NCBI GenBank assembly: GCA_038134595.1
Contig: JAYPVM010000002.1
Coordinates: forward strand, 228,119-292,118
Length of the DNA: 64,000 bases
Reading direction: 5' to 3'
DNA from: Pseudomonadota bacterium
GTDB lineage: Bacteria; Bdellovibrionota_C; UBA2361; OMII01
The position numbers and the translations under genes were made by a program. Every line of letters starts with the position of its first letter. Position 1 is the first letter of the stretch. A model generated the notes under the pieces. The model did not search any database. It saw only the letters and a program-made list of their open reading frames with translations, and was not told the origin of the DNA. Positions 1 to 10,196 of the stretch are shown piece by piece.

Positions 1-2626
1 AGGCGAGAGTTTTGGACCAATGAATTGGTAGTTTTTGAGCGAGATCAAAAGATCGATTGCCGAGGATGTTCTCCAATAGTTTCTCGAGGTCAGGTGAGAG
101 GGGATTTATAATCAGAAGAGCTAGCACGGCAGCATCCCGTACGATGGGGTCTTGGTGATGTCTAAGACTCCAAAGTCTTGAGAGGATAGGGAGTGCATGA
201 CTGCCATATGCTGCTCCGGCTAGCGAGGCGCCAACAAGAGTTGCTCGGTCAGTGGTAGAGAGTTTGTCATTTACCAGTCTAAGAGTAGCCTCGTTGGGAA
301 GCATCCTTAGGGCCCCAAAAAGTTCTGCTGAGACTCGATATGAGGAGAGCTCTGCTATCGCCATATTGAGAATTTTAGATAATGGCACCTGTGCCTTAGC
401 GTTCACTGCGAGTAGATGAACAAGATGCCAACGCATTATTAAGTGCTGCAAGTTATCGCTATTTACGATCTGCGTCAGCGCTTCAACTGTGAGTGGAGTG
501 CTGGTAGTTTGAAGTTCAAGAAGTGCAGGGAACATTGCTACAGTATGATCGGGGTCGATGGTAAGTAGTGAGGCAAGCAGAGAGTCGTATGTGGAGATCG
601 TTTCGGGTGAAATGCTTAGACCCTGCAAAAGCGTCGTCCTCCATTCTGCGGTAGGGGAATTATGTGTGCTTGTGGCCGCGATAAGTTGCTTGCTTATCTT
701 CTCTACAACCGCAATGTTATCGTCGGCATATGACACTACAATCTGGGCGGGATACTCCAGTAAACATTTAGAGATCTTTTCTAGGGCAGCGCCACGTATT
801 GATGTAACTGACGAAAAGGTTGCTGCGCGTACAACAGGCGCCCAATCTATGGAGTGATTGCAACTAAATGCCTCGAGAGTGGTCTTGGCTAATGCGGAAA
901 TCTCCTCGCGAGGATTCGGTTCTAGGGCAGCTATGGTGAGTGCCAGTTGCCAACCGATACGTTGCGGTGAATTTGCCACCGCCATTTTGAGAAGTGGAAT
1001 ACTACTACTTCCATACGACAGCAAAACCTTCGAAGCGTAGGTTGATTCGTCCGTGTTTTCGAGTAGTGGTATGAATCGAGCCGCGAGTCCCCGATGAGGA
1101 TATTCTCGGAGGGAAATTACTTTGAGAGCGTTGCGGGCCAAAGGGGTTCTAATGGAACTGGTAGCCATCCACCACAGTCGATTCGGAAGACTACTGAGTG
1201 ATCCTATAAGCGTAAGCTCCGTATCGGAAAGATCCTGAATTCGGAGTAGCTTTCCAATGATATTGGCATACTTGGGGTGCGAGTCGCCTTTCCCAGAGGT
1301 TTTTAAAAGCTTAAGAGCTGCCTGTCTGTACGGTGCTGGGTCGTGTGAGTAGAGCTTTCCGTCAAGAATACTCTCCAACAATGAGAGCGCGGTATTTGCG
1401 TTTTCGGTAGAGAAGCGCACGAAAGAACCTAGGGTCGATAAGATAGAAATTGTGTTTTGCGTTTCCTTTCGGAGAATTCTACGCTGAAGTGTGTAGTAGG
1501 CGCGTTCAGATAGGTTGCGATTCGGAAATGAGTCTTGGTGTGACAGTAGATTAAGTATGTATCGCTCTGATTTAGCCGCTTGGGAACGTGTAAGTGATTC
1601 GATTGCTTTGGAGGTCAGTACGGGTGAACTCCGTAGGAGGCAGCGAACCTGAGTGGGTTGTAGTCTGTTGGGAGCAAATATTCCGTCGGTGTCTGAGAGG
1701 GCTGCTTCAGAACGGGCTGTGAGGGCAAGTCCACCTCTCTGAACACAGATTCTCCCAACAAGATGAAGAAGCTGGGCGGTCAATGAATGTTCTGAAATTA
1801 GCGCCAGGAGAGTGTCGGCGTATTGGGTGGTTGTCTTCGGGTTCGGGAGAGGAACAGCAAGAGATAGCGCACTTACTTCATCGACAGCCAGAAAAGGAAT
1901 TTGATCGAGGAACGCCTCGAACGGCTCCGGTGTTCCAGGTCCGAAGTCCTCTAAGAGCGCTCTTAGCGTGTCAGTATTTCCTTTCGTCTGTGCGACGCCC
2001 TCTTTGATTATAAGAGGGATGCTTTGTGAGCGAAATTCCTTTAGGAAATCCCTAGCAAGACGAGAATTGTCAGAGAGGGCAAATGGAATGACCGCCTGAA
2101 GAGCTGAAGGCTCCGGAGATCTCTTCGATTTACTGGCTGCGTCAAGAATATGGGCGGTAGCTTCCTCGAATTCCACAGCAAGCTCGTTGCTAAGTGTTCC
2201 CTGTGAGTATATTTCAATAATGTCTGACAAAGCCGAAAGAGAAGCCTCTCCCGACTCTGAAAGGATGTGAAGAGCGCATTTTTTTGCAGCGAATTCGCGG
2301 CTAGGGTCTGTGTTTTGCCATTGAATTCCAACCCACCGTTCAGTTTTTACGGGTCGCAGCTGTTGATCAGTTGTCACATCTGTTAGTGGGTGTATTGAAG
2401 CGAAGGCCTCAGCAGATGAGGGGGGAGCTATATTGAGGGAAAGAATCGATCTAAGTTGCTCAGCGAGCTTTATTTGATCGTTCGGCGAAGATTTCTGGTA
2501 CTGAAGCAAGGCTTCGTCGCACGAATCAAACACAAGCTTGGTGAAGCTTTGTTCGGCTGCAACCTGTCGAGGTATCGTGTGCAGTAAGAGAATTAGCAGA
2601 GCAATGCGAACTATATGAAGCGCCAT
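1..2626 (-). CDS. Large secreted, Leu-rich predicted alpha-helical (HEAT-like) protein; runs off the window edge; absent from the ORF track
   Basis: Manual translation: open frame from ATG at 2626 (GGAG upstream) to the window edge, 875 codons with no stop. N-terminus MALHIVRIALLILLLHTIPRQVAA-EQ resembles a signal peptide; DPIVRDAAVLALL is HEAT-like. Confidence 0.85.
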   Translation of the reverse strand, partial: MALHIVRIALLILLLHTIPRQVAAEQSFTKLVFDSCDEALLQYQKSSPNDQIKLAEQLRSILSLNIAPPSSAEAFASIHPLTDVTTDQQLRPVKTERWVGIQWQNTDPSREFAAKKCALHILSESGEASLSALSDIIEIYSQGTLSNELAVEFEEATAHILDAASKSKRSPEPSALQAVIPFALSDNSRLARDFLKEFRSQSIPLIIKEGVAQTKGNTDTLRALLEDFGPGTPEPFEAFLDQIPFLAVDEVSALSLAVPLPNPKTTTQYADTLLALISEHSLTAQLLHLVGRICVQRGGLALTARSEAALSDTDGIFAPNRLQPTQVRCLLRSSPVLTSKAIESLTRSQAAKSERYILNLLSHQDSFPNRNLSERAYYTLQRRILRKETQNTISILSTLGSFVRFSTENANTALSLLESILDGKLYSHDPAPYRQAALKLLKTSGKGDSHPKYANIIGKLLRIQDLSDTELTLIGSLSSLPNRLWWMATSSIRTPLARNALKVISLREYPHRGLAARFIPLLENTDESTYASKVLLSYGSSSIPLLKMAVANSPQRIGWQLALTIAALEPNPREEISALAKTTLEAFSCNHSIDWAPVVRAATFSSVTSIRGAALEKISKCLLEYPAQIVVSYADDNIAVVEKISKQLIAATSTHNSPTAEWRTTLLQGLSISPETISTYDSLLASLLTIDPDHTVAMFPALLELQTTSTPLTVEALTQIVNSDNLQHLIMRWHLVHLLAVNAKAQVPLSKILNMAIAELSSYRVSAELFGALRMLPNEATLRLVNDKLSTTDRATLVGASLAGAAYGSHALPILSRLWSLRHHQDPIVRDAAVLALLIINPLSPDLEKLLENILGNRSFDLAQKLPIHWSKTLA

Positions 2627-4287
2627 GTTCCATCTCCGTGAAGTTCTAGAATATGGTCGTGGAACTGACCTAAGTCGTCGGCATCTCCAGTGCTCACGAA
2701 TCGATTGACGAAATTTGGGAGCGCTTTATAAAGCGAACGAGCTATCGACTGGTCCATTGCTGTAACCGATTCGTCCAAAAAGACGAATTTTGGCTTCGCT
2801 AGTAACAGGCGTGCGAATGCGAGCCGTTGTTGCTCGCCCGTACCCAGGACGTTCGGCCAATCGAGAACTGCGTTTAATCCACCGACTCGGTGGTACATTT
2901 CCAGAAGGCGAACCTGTTCCAAAATGGCAACAAGTTCCGAATCGAGGAACGCCTTTCGTTGAATCCCATATAGAAGCTGCGAACGAAGCGTTCCCAGAAT
3001 CATGTAGGGCCGTTGAGGAAGAAAGAAGGCTTGGTGTAGATCGGGCGTAGTTATAGTGCCGTTACCACTAGTCCATAGACCGGCTATGGCTCTAAGGATA
3101 GAGCTTTTACCGCTACCGCTTGGGCCGGTAATAAGCAATGAATTTTGGCTCATGGTAAAGGTCAGGTCACGAATAAGAACCTGCTCTCGCCGCGGAGTCC
3201 AGATCGACACATTCTTAAAGGAGAGATGATCTCCCGACCTTATTTCTATGCCAAGCTTGGAGAATTCCGGTTGAGCGCTTTGGTGGAGGGCCTCTGAAAA
3301 CGAGCCGAGACGGTTAATGGTGGCAGCGAATACGCTAAGTGTGCTGAAGTGGTTGACTACTATTGAGAGAGCGTTGATAACAAAACTAAAGGCAACGCCG
3401 GCCTGTATTACCACACCGATATCTACGTCACCTTTGAAAAAGAGAGGAGCAACGATGATTGTGGGTAAGATGGTAAGAACGTAATTGTATGGCACCGTAA
3501 AAAACTGTAAATTTCTATTCCAGTTTATCACTTTAAGCAGATTGGCGAGGGCTACTTTTAGTCGTTGACGGGTTCGAGTAAATTCGTGTCTCTCGTGGCC
3601 GTGAAATGCAATTGATTCAGCACTGTCTCGGACATTAATAAGTTTGTAACGATAGTCAGCCTCTTTCTTAAATTGGGCGAAATTTAAACCTATCAAGGGT
3701 CGTCCAAGTAGCGACGTCACTAGCGATCCTATCGCTGCATATCCGATGGCCACTACTAGAAGAAGCCAGTAAATAGAATAGAGTAGGGAAATGTAGAGGA
3801 GTAGTTGTACAGTTGAGTTGAAGGCGACAAGAAAAAACATGACGGTCTCATCGCAAAATCGAGCAATATCTTCTTCTATACGTTGATCTGGATTGTCGAT
3901 TTTACTATCGAGATTTACTCGGTAATACGCGCGCTCTTGAAAGTACTTTCGTAGGATTCTGTGACTCAACCATCGGCGCCACATGAGTTTTAATCGTGCT
4001 TCGGAGTATGAATAAAATACTACTACAGGTGTTGCGATAACAAACGCCATCAGATATTCAAAGAGCTTCCATTGGAAAAGCTGATGGTCCTTGGTCTGCA
4101 GAGCGTTCATAAAGTCTCGCGCAATGTAACTAATCATATACCCGATATAATTACTTAAGAGAGACAATCCTAAAATGAGCGCGACAAGACCGTATGCCCG
4201 ATATTTTATGTCAGAGCGAAAAAGCGGAAGGGCTAAAAGAAAAAACCGTTTAACAACATTTTTGTCAAAATGGATGGTGTTAGACAT
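2611..4287 (-). CDS. Fused ABC transporter permease/ATPase, ABCD (YddA/BacA-like) family
   Basis: DNPDQRIEEDI, EADYRY..RDSAESIAF (EAA motif), Walker A GPSGSGKS, FLPQRPY, GEQQRLAFAR, Walker B VFLDE. Confidence 0.9.
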   Translation of the reverse strand: MSNTIHFDKNVVKRFFLLALPLFRSDIKYRAYGLVALILGLSLLSNYIGYMISYIARDFMNALQTKDHQLFQWKLFEYLMAFVIATPVVVFYSYSEARLKLMWRRWLSHRILRKYFQERAYYRVNLDSKIDNPDQRIEEDIARFCDETVMFFLVAFNSTVQLLLYISLLYSIYWLLLVVAIGYAAIGSLVTSLLGRPLIGLNFAQFKKEADYRYKLINVRDSAESIAFHGHERHEFTRTRQRLKVALANLLKVINWNRNLQFFTVPYNYVLTILPTIIVAPLFFKGDVDIGVVIQAGVAFSFVINALSIVVNHFSTLSVFAATINRLGSFSEALHQSAQPEFSKLGIEIRSGDHLSFKNVSIWTPRREQVLIRDLTFTMSQNSLLITGPSGSGKSSILRAIAGLWTSGNGTITTPDLHQAFFLPQRPYMILGTLRSQLLYGIQRKAFLDSELVAILEQVRLLEMYHRVGGLNAVLDWPNVLGTGEQQRLAFARLLLAKPKFVFLDESVTAMDQSIARSLYKALPNFVNRFVSTGDADDLGQFHDHILELHGDGTWRFI

Positions 4288-4328
4288 ATGTTTTTATCGT
4301 TTCCTTTTTTTACCCTGACAACACGGAG

Positions 4329-6134
4329 TTATCCGGGTGAGGCCCCTTCTCCTGATGTTACTGTTCTTTCGTAATCAGCCCAGGCTGCGGAAAATCCACG
4401 GCCAGCTGATCGAAGCTCAGGAAATGAGCCGATCTCTTCGATCCGACCATCTCGAACATACACTACAGTATCAAAGAAGGGCACAAGCGCAAGGCGATGG
4501 CACGCTGTAATGATCGTTCTATCAGCGAAGTTATGGAGGAGCCCGGTGAAAATTTGCTTCTCCGTTAATGGATCGAGGCTAGAGGTCGGCTCGTCAAGAA
4601 GTAGGATATCTTTACCTGGTACACGAAGTATCCCGCGGGCTAAGGCTAGTCGCTGCCGCTCTCCAACAGAGATATTAAGACCCGATTCTTCTAGATGGCT
4701 ATCCCAGCCGTAGTGCAGTTTCTCTAAGATATGGTCGATTTTGCAAATCTCGACAGCTTTTTGCATCTCTGATTCATCATATTGCTGTTCGAACGCAAGG
4801 TTGTAGCGTAGTGTTTCCGAGAATATTTCTGGTTCTTGCGGAATTAGAAGGCTAATTCTCGCTATATCGTCGAGTGTGATATCGTTAGCGTCATCGACAA
4901 TCGCGGTACCCTGTTCGATTGCAAGCATCCCGGCAATTACCTTAAGAAGTGTAGATTTACCCCCTCCGCTCGGGCCGACGAGCGCGATCTTTTCACCCCT
5001 CCGGATAGAGATACAAACATTTTTGAGGTTTTGGAGCTCCGAATTGTACGAGAATGATATGTCTCTTAGCTCGATAGAAGTCCAAGACTCGGTTAGGTTT
5101 GCCGATAAGCGAGGAGCAGCCAGTGCGCCAGACTGATTGAGAACCGATGATGCATCATCATACGCAGTCGCTGCTTCGATTATACCTCCGTAGTAACCAG
5201 TAAAAGAGCCAATGGCTGCAAAAATCCTGTCGAGATAATTAAGCAGGACATAAACGCTCGCAATATCAAAAGCGGAGGAGTTCCCGTGTTGATTGTGAAA
5301 GTAGATGTAAAGCGATGCTCCCATCACCAGACTATAACCGACTGCTATGGTTCCCCACTTTAGCTCCTGATATTTCCAGATCTTCCTCGATAAACGAAAT
5401 CCGGCGTCTCTTTGGGCTGAGAGGTAGCCGAGGGCGGGTTTCTCTAGATGGAGGGTTTTTACAGTTATTATATTTGATAGGTAATCTACGCAGGTGCGGT
5501 TTAGTTTGTCATAGAAGCGATTGTTCTTGCGAATGTTTTTCGTTAAACGTGCGTTAAACAATATCATTACGAGTACGGTCAGGCATCCCATCACTAAGAC
5601 AGTTGCCGCAACCTCGGCGTCAAGTGCAAAGATGAGAAGCGTGGCTGCAAAAAACTTCATTGCACCGTCGAGAATCTGCCAAACGTAATTCGAGACGACT
5701 GCTTCGATTGCTCCAACTGACCTGTGAAGTTTGCTCAGGCTTTCGCCGGTGTGGTGTCTAACGTGCCATTTAAGCGGAAACGATATTAGAGCTGTAAATA
5801 TCTCTTCAAGCTTGTTGAATCGACACGTGTACGCAGTAGTCCCTTGATAATATCGACCAAAGTGATGGGCAGCGGCATACAGCATTTTTAGACCAACATA
5901 GAGCGAAATGCCCTTCATGCTTTCTGATAATGAGTGAGGGGTTACACCTTCTTTAACGAAAATCCCCAGAATCCATCCAATGGACCAAGGAATCATGAGG
6001 TCGATAGCGTAGGCTACTACATAGAGGAACATGAATAATGAAAAACGGCCGCGATTTCCCTCCGACGAAGACCAGGACGCCTTCGTTAGGGTCAGGACGG
6101 AATCAAGAGTAGACGATGCTTTGTTTTCTTCCAT
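4329..6134 (-). CDS. Fused ABC exporter (MsbA/ABCB-like) permease/ATPase
   Basis: N-terminal TM segments, GPSGGGKS, ISVGERQR, LLLDEPTSSLD, H-loop ACHRL. Confidence 0.9.
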   Translation of the reverse strand: MEENKASSTLDSVLTLTKASWSSSEGNRGRFSLFMFLYVVAYAIDLMIPWSIGWILGIFVKEGVTPHSLSESMKGISLYVGLKMLYAAAHHFGRYYQGTTAYTCRFNKLEEIFTALISFPLKWHVRHHTGESLSKLHRSVGAIEAVVSNYVWQILDGAMKFFAATLLIFALDAEVAATVLVMGCLTVLVMILFNARLTKNIRKNNRFYDKLNRTCVDYLSNIITVKTLHLEKPALGYLSAQRDAGFRLSRKIWKYQELKWGTIAVGYSLVMGASLYIYFHNQHGNSSAFDIASVYVLLNYLDRIFAAIGSFTGYYGGIIEAATAYDDASSVLNQSGALAAPRLSANLTESWTSIELRDISFSYNSELQNLKNVCISIRRGEKIALVGPSGGGKSTLLKVIAGMLAIEQGTAIVDDANDITLDDIARISLLIPQEPEIFSETLRYNLAFEQQYDESEMQKAVEICKIDHILEKLHYGWDSHLEESGLNISVGERQRLALARGILRVPGKDILLLDEPTSSLDPLTEKQIFTGLLHNFADRTIITACHRLALVPFFDTVVYVRDGRIEEIGSFPELRSAGRGFSAAWADYERTVTSGEGASPG

Positions 6135-6523
6135 ATACCCCAGAACCCTAGCAAAATTATCTCAATCTGTCTTCACTCACTGGTAATGGCCCTGCAGTAA
6201 AACACGAATATGTATAATTCTCTAAAATAGGTTCGTTAAGCAGTAACCAACCACTTCAAGCAAACGCCTGATGCGCTGCTTTTCTGAGCACTATAACAGC
6301 AAAGAACGTTCCCAGTCCGCGGTTAGCCGTGGTTAAGAATATTAATAACAGCACCAACCTTAGAACGATGTACTAAGGGATGTGCCTATGTTTCGTTACC
6401 GAGCGGTTCAAAAGCTTCCGAACCCGGCAAGATCGACGGGTCATTCGATGTGGTAAGATGCTGCATCATCTGTTTTGGCACCAAATAGATAAGTTAAAGT
6501 GAAGTATGTTTGAGTATTTAGGT

Positions 6524-7498
6524 TTAATGACCTAAGTCAGTCGGTGAGGTAGATGCCGTTAGGAACGAGGTGTTATTAAGAGGCAAAAATAAGAAGTCTA
6601 CGAGCAGGCTTGCAGCGTTAACTACAAAGATATTGGCTACTATTAGATGGGCGAGCTTTAGTGGCACAGGAGACAGTAGTAGCACCGTGAGTACTCCTAA
6701 CAGAACGAGTAGACACATAGTAAGCAAAAATCGGCGAAATGACCGGAGGTGAAGCAGAGGTTTTAGGGCGGGAGGTTCATAGAAAGAAAGAAGGAATGTT
6801 AGGGAAAAGACACTAAGTCCAAACACTAAGTGAAGTGGGCGCAGGCGAACAGCGATGTGCGAATTGGTGCTTAAGTCTGCTTGTAGGCCCTCAAAGATAT
6901 CTTGAGAGGGAAGGAGGTGGCTTCCAAGTGAAGCGATGGCACCTGAGGTTAGAAGAGCAATTAGGGCACATAAAAATACAATTGCTACTACTCGCGTGGT
7001 CCTTGATAGTGCAACGCTACGCTGATAGCCGGGCAAAAGCATCTTGGCCGTAAAGACCTCTGAGGCGAGGAGTAATGAAGTGTTGACCAAGTGAAGGGGC
7101 ATAATTACAAGTCGAGATATTGATGTATCTTGATCGACATATCCCCGGATGACTAGGAGGCGGCCGATGAGTGCTTCAAGTATGGTAAAGAATAGAACGC
7201 AATAGGCCCCGATTCTGTGGAGATTGTGACAGGTTGTTACCTTTCTAGCCAATGCGCAAAGCACTAAGACAGCGACACCAAACACTGCTGTCGAATAGCG
7301 GTGGGATACTTCAATCCACGTCTTGTGCGAGGAGCCAAAAGGGATCGCCGATCCATGACACAGCGGCCAATGATCTCCGCAACCAGCTCCGGAGCCCGAT
7401 ATTCGGACCCATGCGCCCCACACGATTATTAAGATGGTGTAGGCAATGAGAACCAACGTGAAACGGTGAAGTCTGAGGTGTCCAGTAGATGTAGCCAT
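6524..7498 (-). CDS. ctaA: Heme A synthase (COX15/CtaA family); start uncertain (7498, 7516 or 7552)
   Basis: GAWVRISGSGAGCGDHWPLC, IEVSHR, further His in HLVN, RPLH and LAH; multiple TM helices. Confidence 0.85.
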   Translation of the reverse strand: MATSTGHLRLHRFTLVLIAYTILIIVWGAWVRISGSGAGCGDHWPLCHGSAIPFGSSHKTWIEVSHRYSTAVFGVAVLVLCALARKVTTCHNLHRIGAYCVLFFTILEALIGRLLVIRGYVDQDTSISRLVIMPLHLVNTSLLLASEVFTAKMLLPGYQRSVALSRTTRVVAIVFLCALIALLTSGAIASLGSHLLPSQDIFEGLQADLSTNSHIAVRLRPLHLVFGLSVFSLTFLLSFYEPPALKPLLHLRSFRRFLLTMCLLVLLGVLTVLLLSPVPLKLAHLIVANIFVVNAASLLVDFLFLPLNNTSFLTASTSPTDLGH

Positions 7499-7500
7499 GG

Positions 7501-8769
7501 TTATCGTAGTTTGCATAGCTCGGTCTTTACCTCTGCTGGAATTGCAATCCACGTCTTTTGTGAGCTACGGGAGTCTTCCGCCATTTGTCGAAATAGAGGC
7601 TCAGCTTCACCTAATGTCTTGATTGAGCCGTCATAATTCTGAACGAGGATCGATTGCTCCCAGTCGCCAGCATGCACATCCAGTGTCGAGAGGACATGCA
7701 GGTAGTAAGTCGGATCGAGCCCGAGCCTAACCAACGAAGCCTTTGCTTGCTTTAGTAGGCTTTCTGTGTGCTTCGAGTTGTCGGTTCGGATGGTTTTAAA
7801 GAGGCGTCTTGAAATGATCCGGTCGCTTAAGTCTGCAAGAATTGGATCGGCGCTCGAGCTCCAGCGAGCGATGTGGTACCGCCACCACGCTTCTCTCATT
7901 TGAAAAATAACGGGCAACTCAAGGTCTTCTGCCTTGTCAGCAGTCAGGACCGCGGTCATTGTACTATCGCAAAATTCAAGCTTATCTCGGATTGCCTTTG
8001 CCCGTAATACTACAGCTTTGTTTAAGGTGTCAGTAGCTAGTAGCACGCGATGCTGATACATTTGTCGATACATTGCGTGACGCGACACGACGAAGTGCAT
8101 CATGGCGTCAAGTCGGTTCTCCCTTAGCGCTAAGTGTTTATCTGGTGTGATGATGATTGAGTCGATAAGTGCGGGTATGTTGTATTTTCCGTAGCTCACT
8201 CCTGCCAGAATGCTATCAACTGTCGACCAGTTCCCTCGGTCTACGTTCCAGCCCCCTCCTGATATAAGTTGCCAAGTCCAGGGCGGTACGTCGCTGTGCT
8301 CTCCCAATATCGACGCCACTTGCTGCGCTAGTTCGGTGGAGTGCTGGTCGAGTAATGCTCTGATTGATGGGCTTTCAAGTATTACCTTTTCGGCGATGCG
8401 TTCGTGTGAATCTTTTTGTCCTGGAAACCATGTCTTGAAGGCTGTGTGGGACCCAGGGGCAAGGTGCCCAATGTCGTGAAGAAGAGCGGCGACGAGTACC
8501 GCAGTTCGGTGGTCCGCAACCTGGGATGCGTGAGCAATCATTAATTTGTCCATCGCTAGCTTCGCTAGGTATGCGACACCCAAGCAGTGACCGAATCGGG
8601 AGTGCTCTGAGAACATGTAGACCAAGCGCGTGTTGGCAGTTTGACTGATATCACGGAGTCTCTGAAACCACGGGTCGTCGATAAGTTTTAAGATAAGTCT
8701 TTCTGCCTTATCGTCTGTTGTAAACGATACTGATTGGTGAACTACGTCCGCAAATGATATTTCCGCCAC
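7501..8769 (-). CDS. HD-domain phosphohydrolase (SAMHD1/YwfO-like dNTP triphosphohydrolase family)
   Basis: FQRLRDISQ, EHSRFGHCLG, ALLHDIGH, VDR, RHAMYRQMYQH, SRRLFK. Confidence 0.88.
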   Translation of the reverse strand: MAEISFADVVHQSVSFTTDDKAERLILKLIDDPWFQRLRDISQTANTRLVYMFSEHSRFGHCLGVAYLAKLAMDKLMIAHASQVADHRTAVLVAALLHDIGHLAPGSHTAFKTWFPGQKDSHERIAEKVILESPSIRALLDQHSTELAQQVASILGEHSDVPPWTWQLISGGGWNVDRGNWSTVDSILAGVSYGKYNIPALIDSIIITPDKHLALRENRLDAMMHFVVSRHAMYRQMYQHRVLLATDTLNKAVVLRAKAIRDKLEFCDSTMTAVLTADKAEDLELPVIFQMREAWWRYHIARWSSSADPILADLSDRIISRRLFKTIRTDNSKHTESLLKQAKASLVRLGLDPTYYLHVLSTLDVHAGDWEQSILVQNYDGSIKTLGEAEPLFRQMAEDSRSSQKTWIAIPAEVKTELCKLR

Positions 8770-8786
8770 AATCTCCCCTTTATTTC

Positions 8787-9890
8787 TTATTCTCTCTCAG
8801 CCATTACGTCCTCATAGCCAACAACACTAATGCCAAAATTATCTAATCCAGACAAGGTTCTGTGCGAGGTTGAAAGTAGCGTAATTTTCCGGACGCCCAG
8901 ATCTCGAAGTATTTGGGCGCCAAGGCCGTACTCTCTCATTGTTGATGGCTTGTTAGTACGTAGCTGGTTTAGGTTCGACTCCTTTCGTAGATAGATGAAA
9001 ACCCCATAATCATGTGAAGCTATCCGTTCGAGAGACTCCCGGATTAATCCCCGAGAATTCGATGGCCCGCCAAACAGATCAGAAAAGGGTTCCTCCACCT
9101 GCACCCTCACAGTCACAATCTTGTTAGCAAAAGAAGAACCCTTTACGAGAGCTAGGTGCTCTGCGTTATCCAGGGTTGAGCGATAGAGGATAGCATCAAG
9201 CATGCCGCCGTGCCTCGTTGGTAGTCTTGTTGTGGATTTACGCTGAACTAACGATTCATGTGCCAGGCGATACTGAACGATTTCGGAGATGGAAAAAGTG
9301 GGGTGTTTGGATAGTTCTGAGTGAGTGTTAGGGTTGCCTTGCAGGATGATATCTCCATTTGCATCCAAAATATCCACAAAAAGGGCAGCATCAGAGAATG
9401 AACCTGCAACGACCAAATCTAGCACCGCTTCGGCTAAGCATGCTCGTGTAAGGGATCCGCCCGTTTTTGTTTTTACGGGGAATATGTGGCCCGGCTGCAC
9501 CAAGGCCCGACGATGAGGGCTCGGTGAGCCGAGCGCTTTTATTGTCTTAACTCGGTCAGAGATGCTAATTCCAGTGGTAACACCCTCTCGTGCTTCCACT
9601 GAAGTATATTGAGTTAAACCCGGTGATGAGAGACGCGTCGGTGAGGCGTTACTACGAGACATGGGTCTTAAGTGGAATTGAGACGCCCGAGCTTCGGAAA
9701 TAGAGACAAGGGGAATACCACCGGTCTCTGTAAGGATATAGTTCAGTGTATCTTCGGTGAGAGCTTCGGCTGGGCTCACGAATACGCTTCGCCCGTCTCC
9801 TAAGTCGTCTACAAGAACGGCGAGCTTTTTATCTCTAAAACTCGCAAGTCTATCTCTGATTGAGTCCATGGTGGCCGATTCCTGGCGCAT
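8787..9890 (-). CDS. RibBA/RibBX-like protein (DHBP synthase plus GTP cyclohydrolase II folds), catalytic motifs degenerate
   Basis: TTGISISDR, PGHIFP, EHLALVKG, REYGLGAQILRDLGV; lacks RENEGD, GHTE and the Zn-binding Cys residues. Confidence 0.8.
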   Translation of the reverse strand: MRQESATMDSIRDRLASFRDKKLAVLVDDLGDGRSVFVSPAEALTEDTLNYILTETGGIPLVSISEARASQFHLRPMSRSNASPTRLSSPGLTQYTSVEAREGVTTGISISDRVKTIKALGSPSPHRRALVQPGHIFPVKTKTGGSLTRACLAEAVLDLVVAGSFSDAALFVDILDANGDIILQGNPNTHSELSKHPTFSISEIVQYRLAHESLVQRKSTTRLPTRHGGMLDAILYRSTLDNAEHLALVKGSSFANKIVTVRVQVEEPFSDLFGGPSNSRGLIRESLERIASHDYGVFIYLRKESNLNQLRTNKPSTMREYGLGAQILRDLGVRKITLLSTSHRTLSGLDNFGISVVGYEDVMAERE

Positions 9891-10196
9891 CTTTTACGTC
9901 GTAAATTACAATCTTTTAGAAATTATTCCGCATTGATTGCGAGGGTTTGCGATAAGGCAACTACCTTCTGTTTAGTTACTGTACCTTCCAATCGGATAAA
10001 GATCCAGAAAGAGTAGTTTGGCTAATCGGGCTGCAAAGCACCTTCTTAGATGAGCGTAAATTCCTGTAAGTATTCATAAAAACTAATTATAAAATAGTGT
10101 TTAAGGAATTTGTCGTGATTGTCGAAGTCATTTATAGGTCAAGAAAGACCTCACCAGCATTTGTTGTTGAAGTTTAGTTGTAAAGGTGGTGGCAGA

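Noticed and set aside
558..2331. Short listed ORFs at 558, 858, 1783 and 2041
   Set aside because: They overlap the long minus-strand ORF 1..2626 and are shadows; the same applies to most short antisense ORFs in the track
6135..6523. Cobalamin riboswitch upstream of the ABC transporters
   Set aside because: No B12-box or GCCACTG/ACTGTAA arrangement found by eye
9891..10196. FMN riboswitch upstream of the ribBA-like gene
   Set aside because: Conserved RFN motifs are not visible on the minus strand
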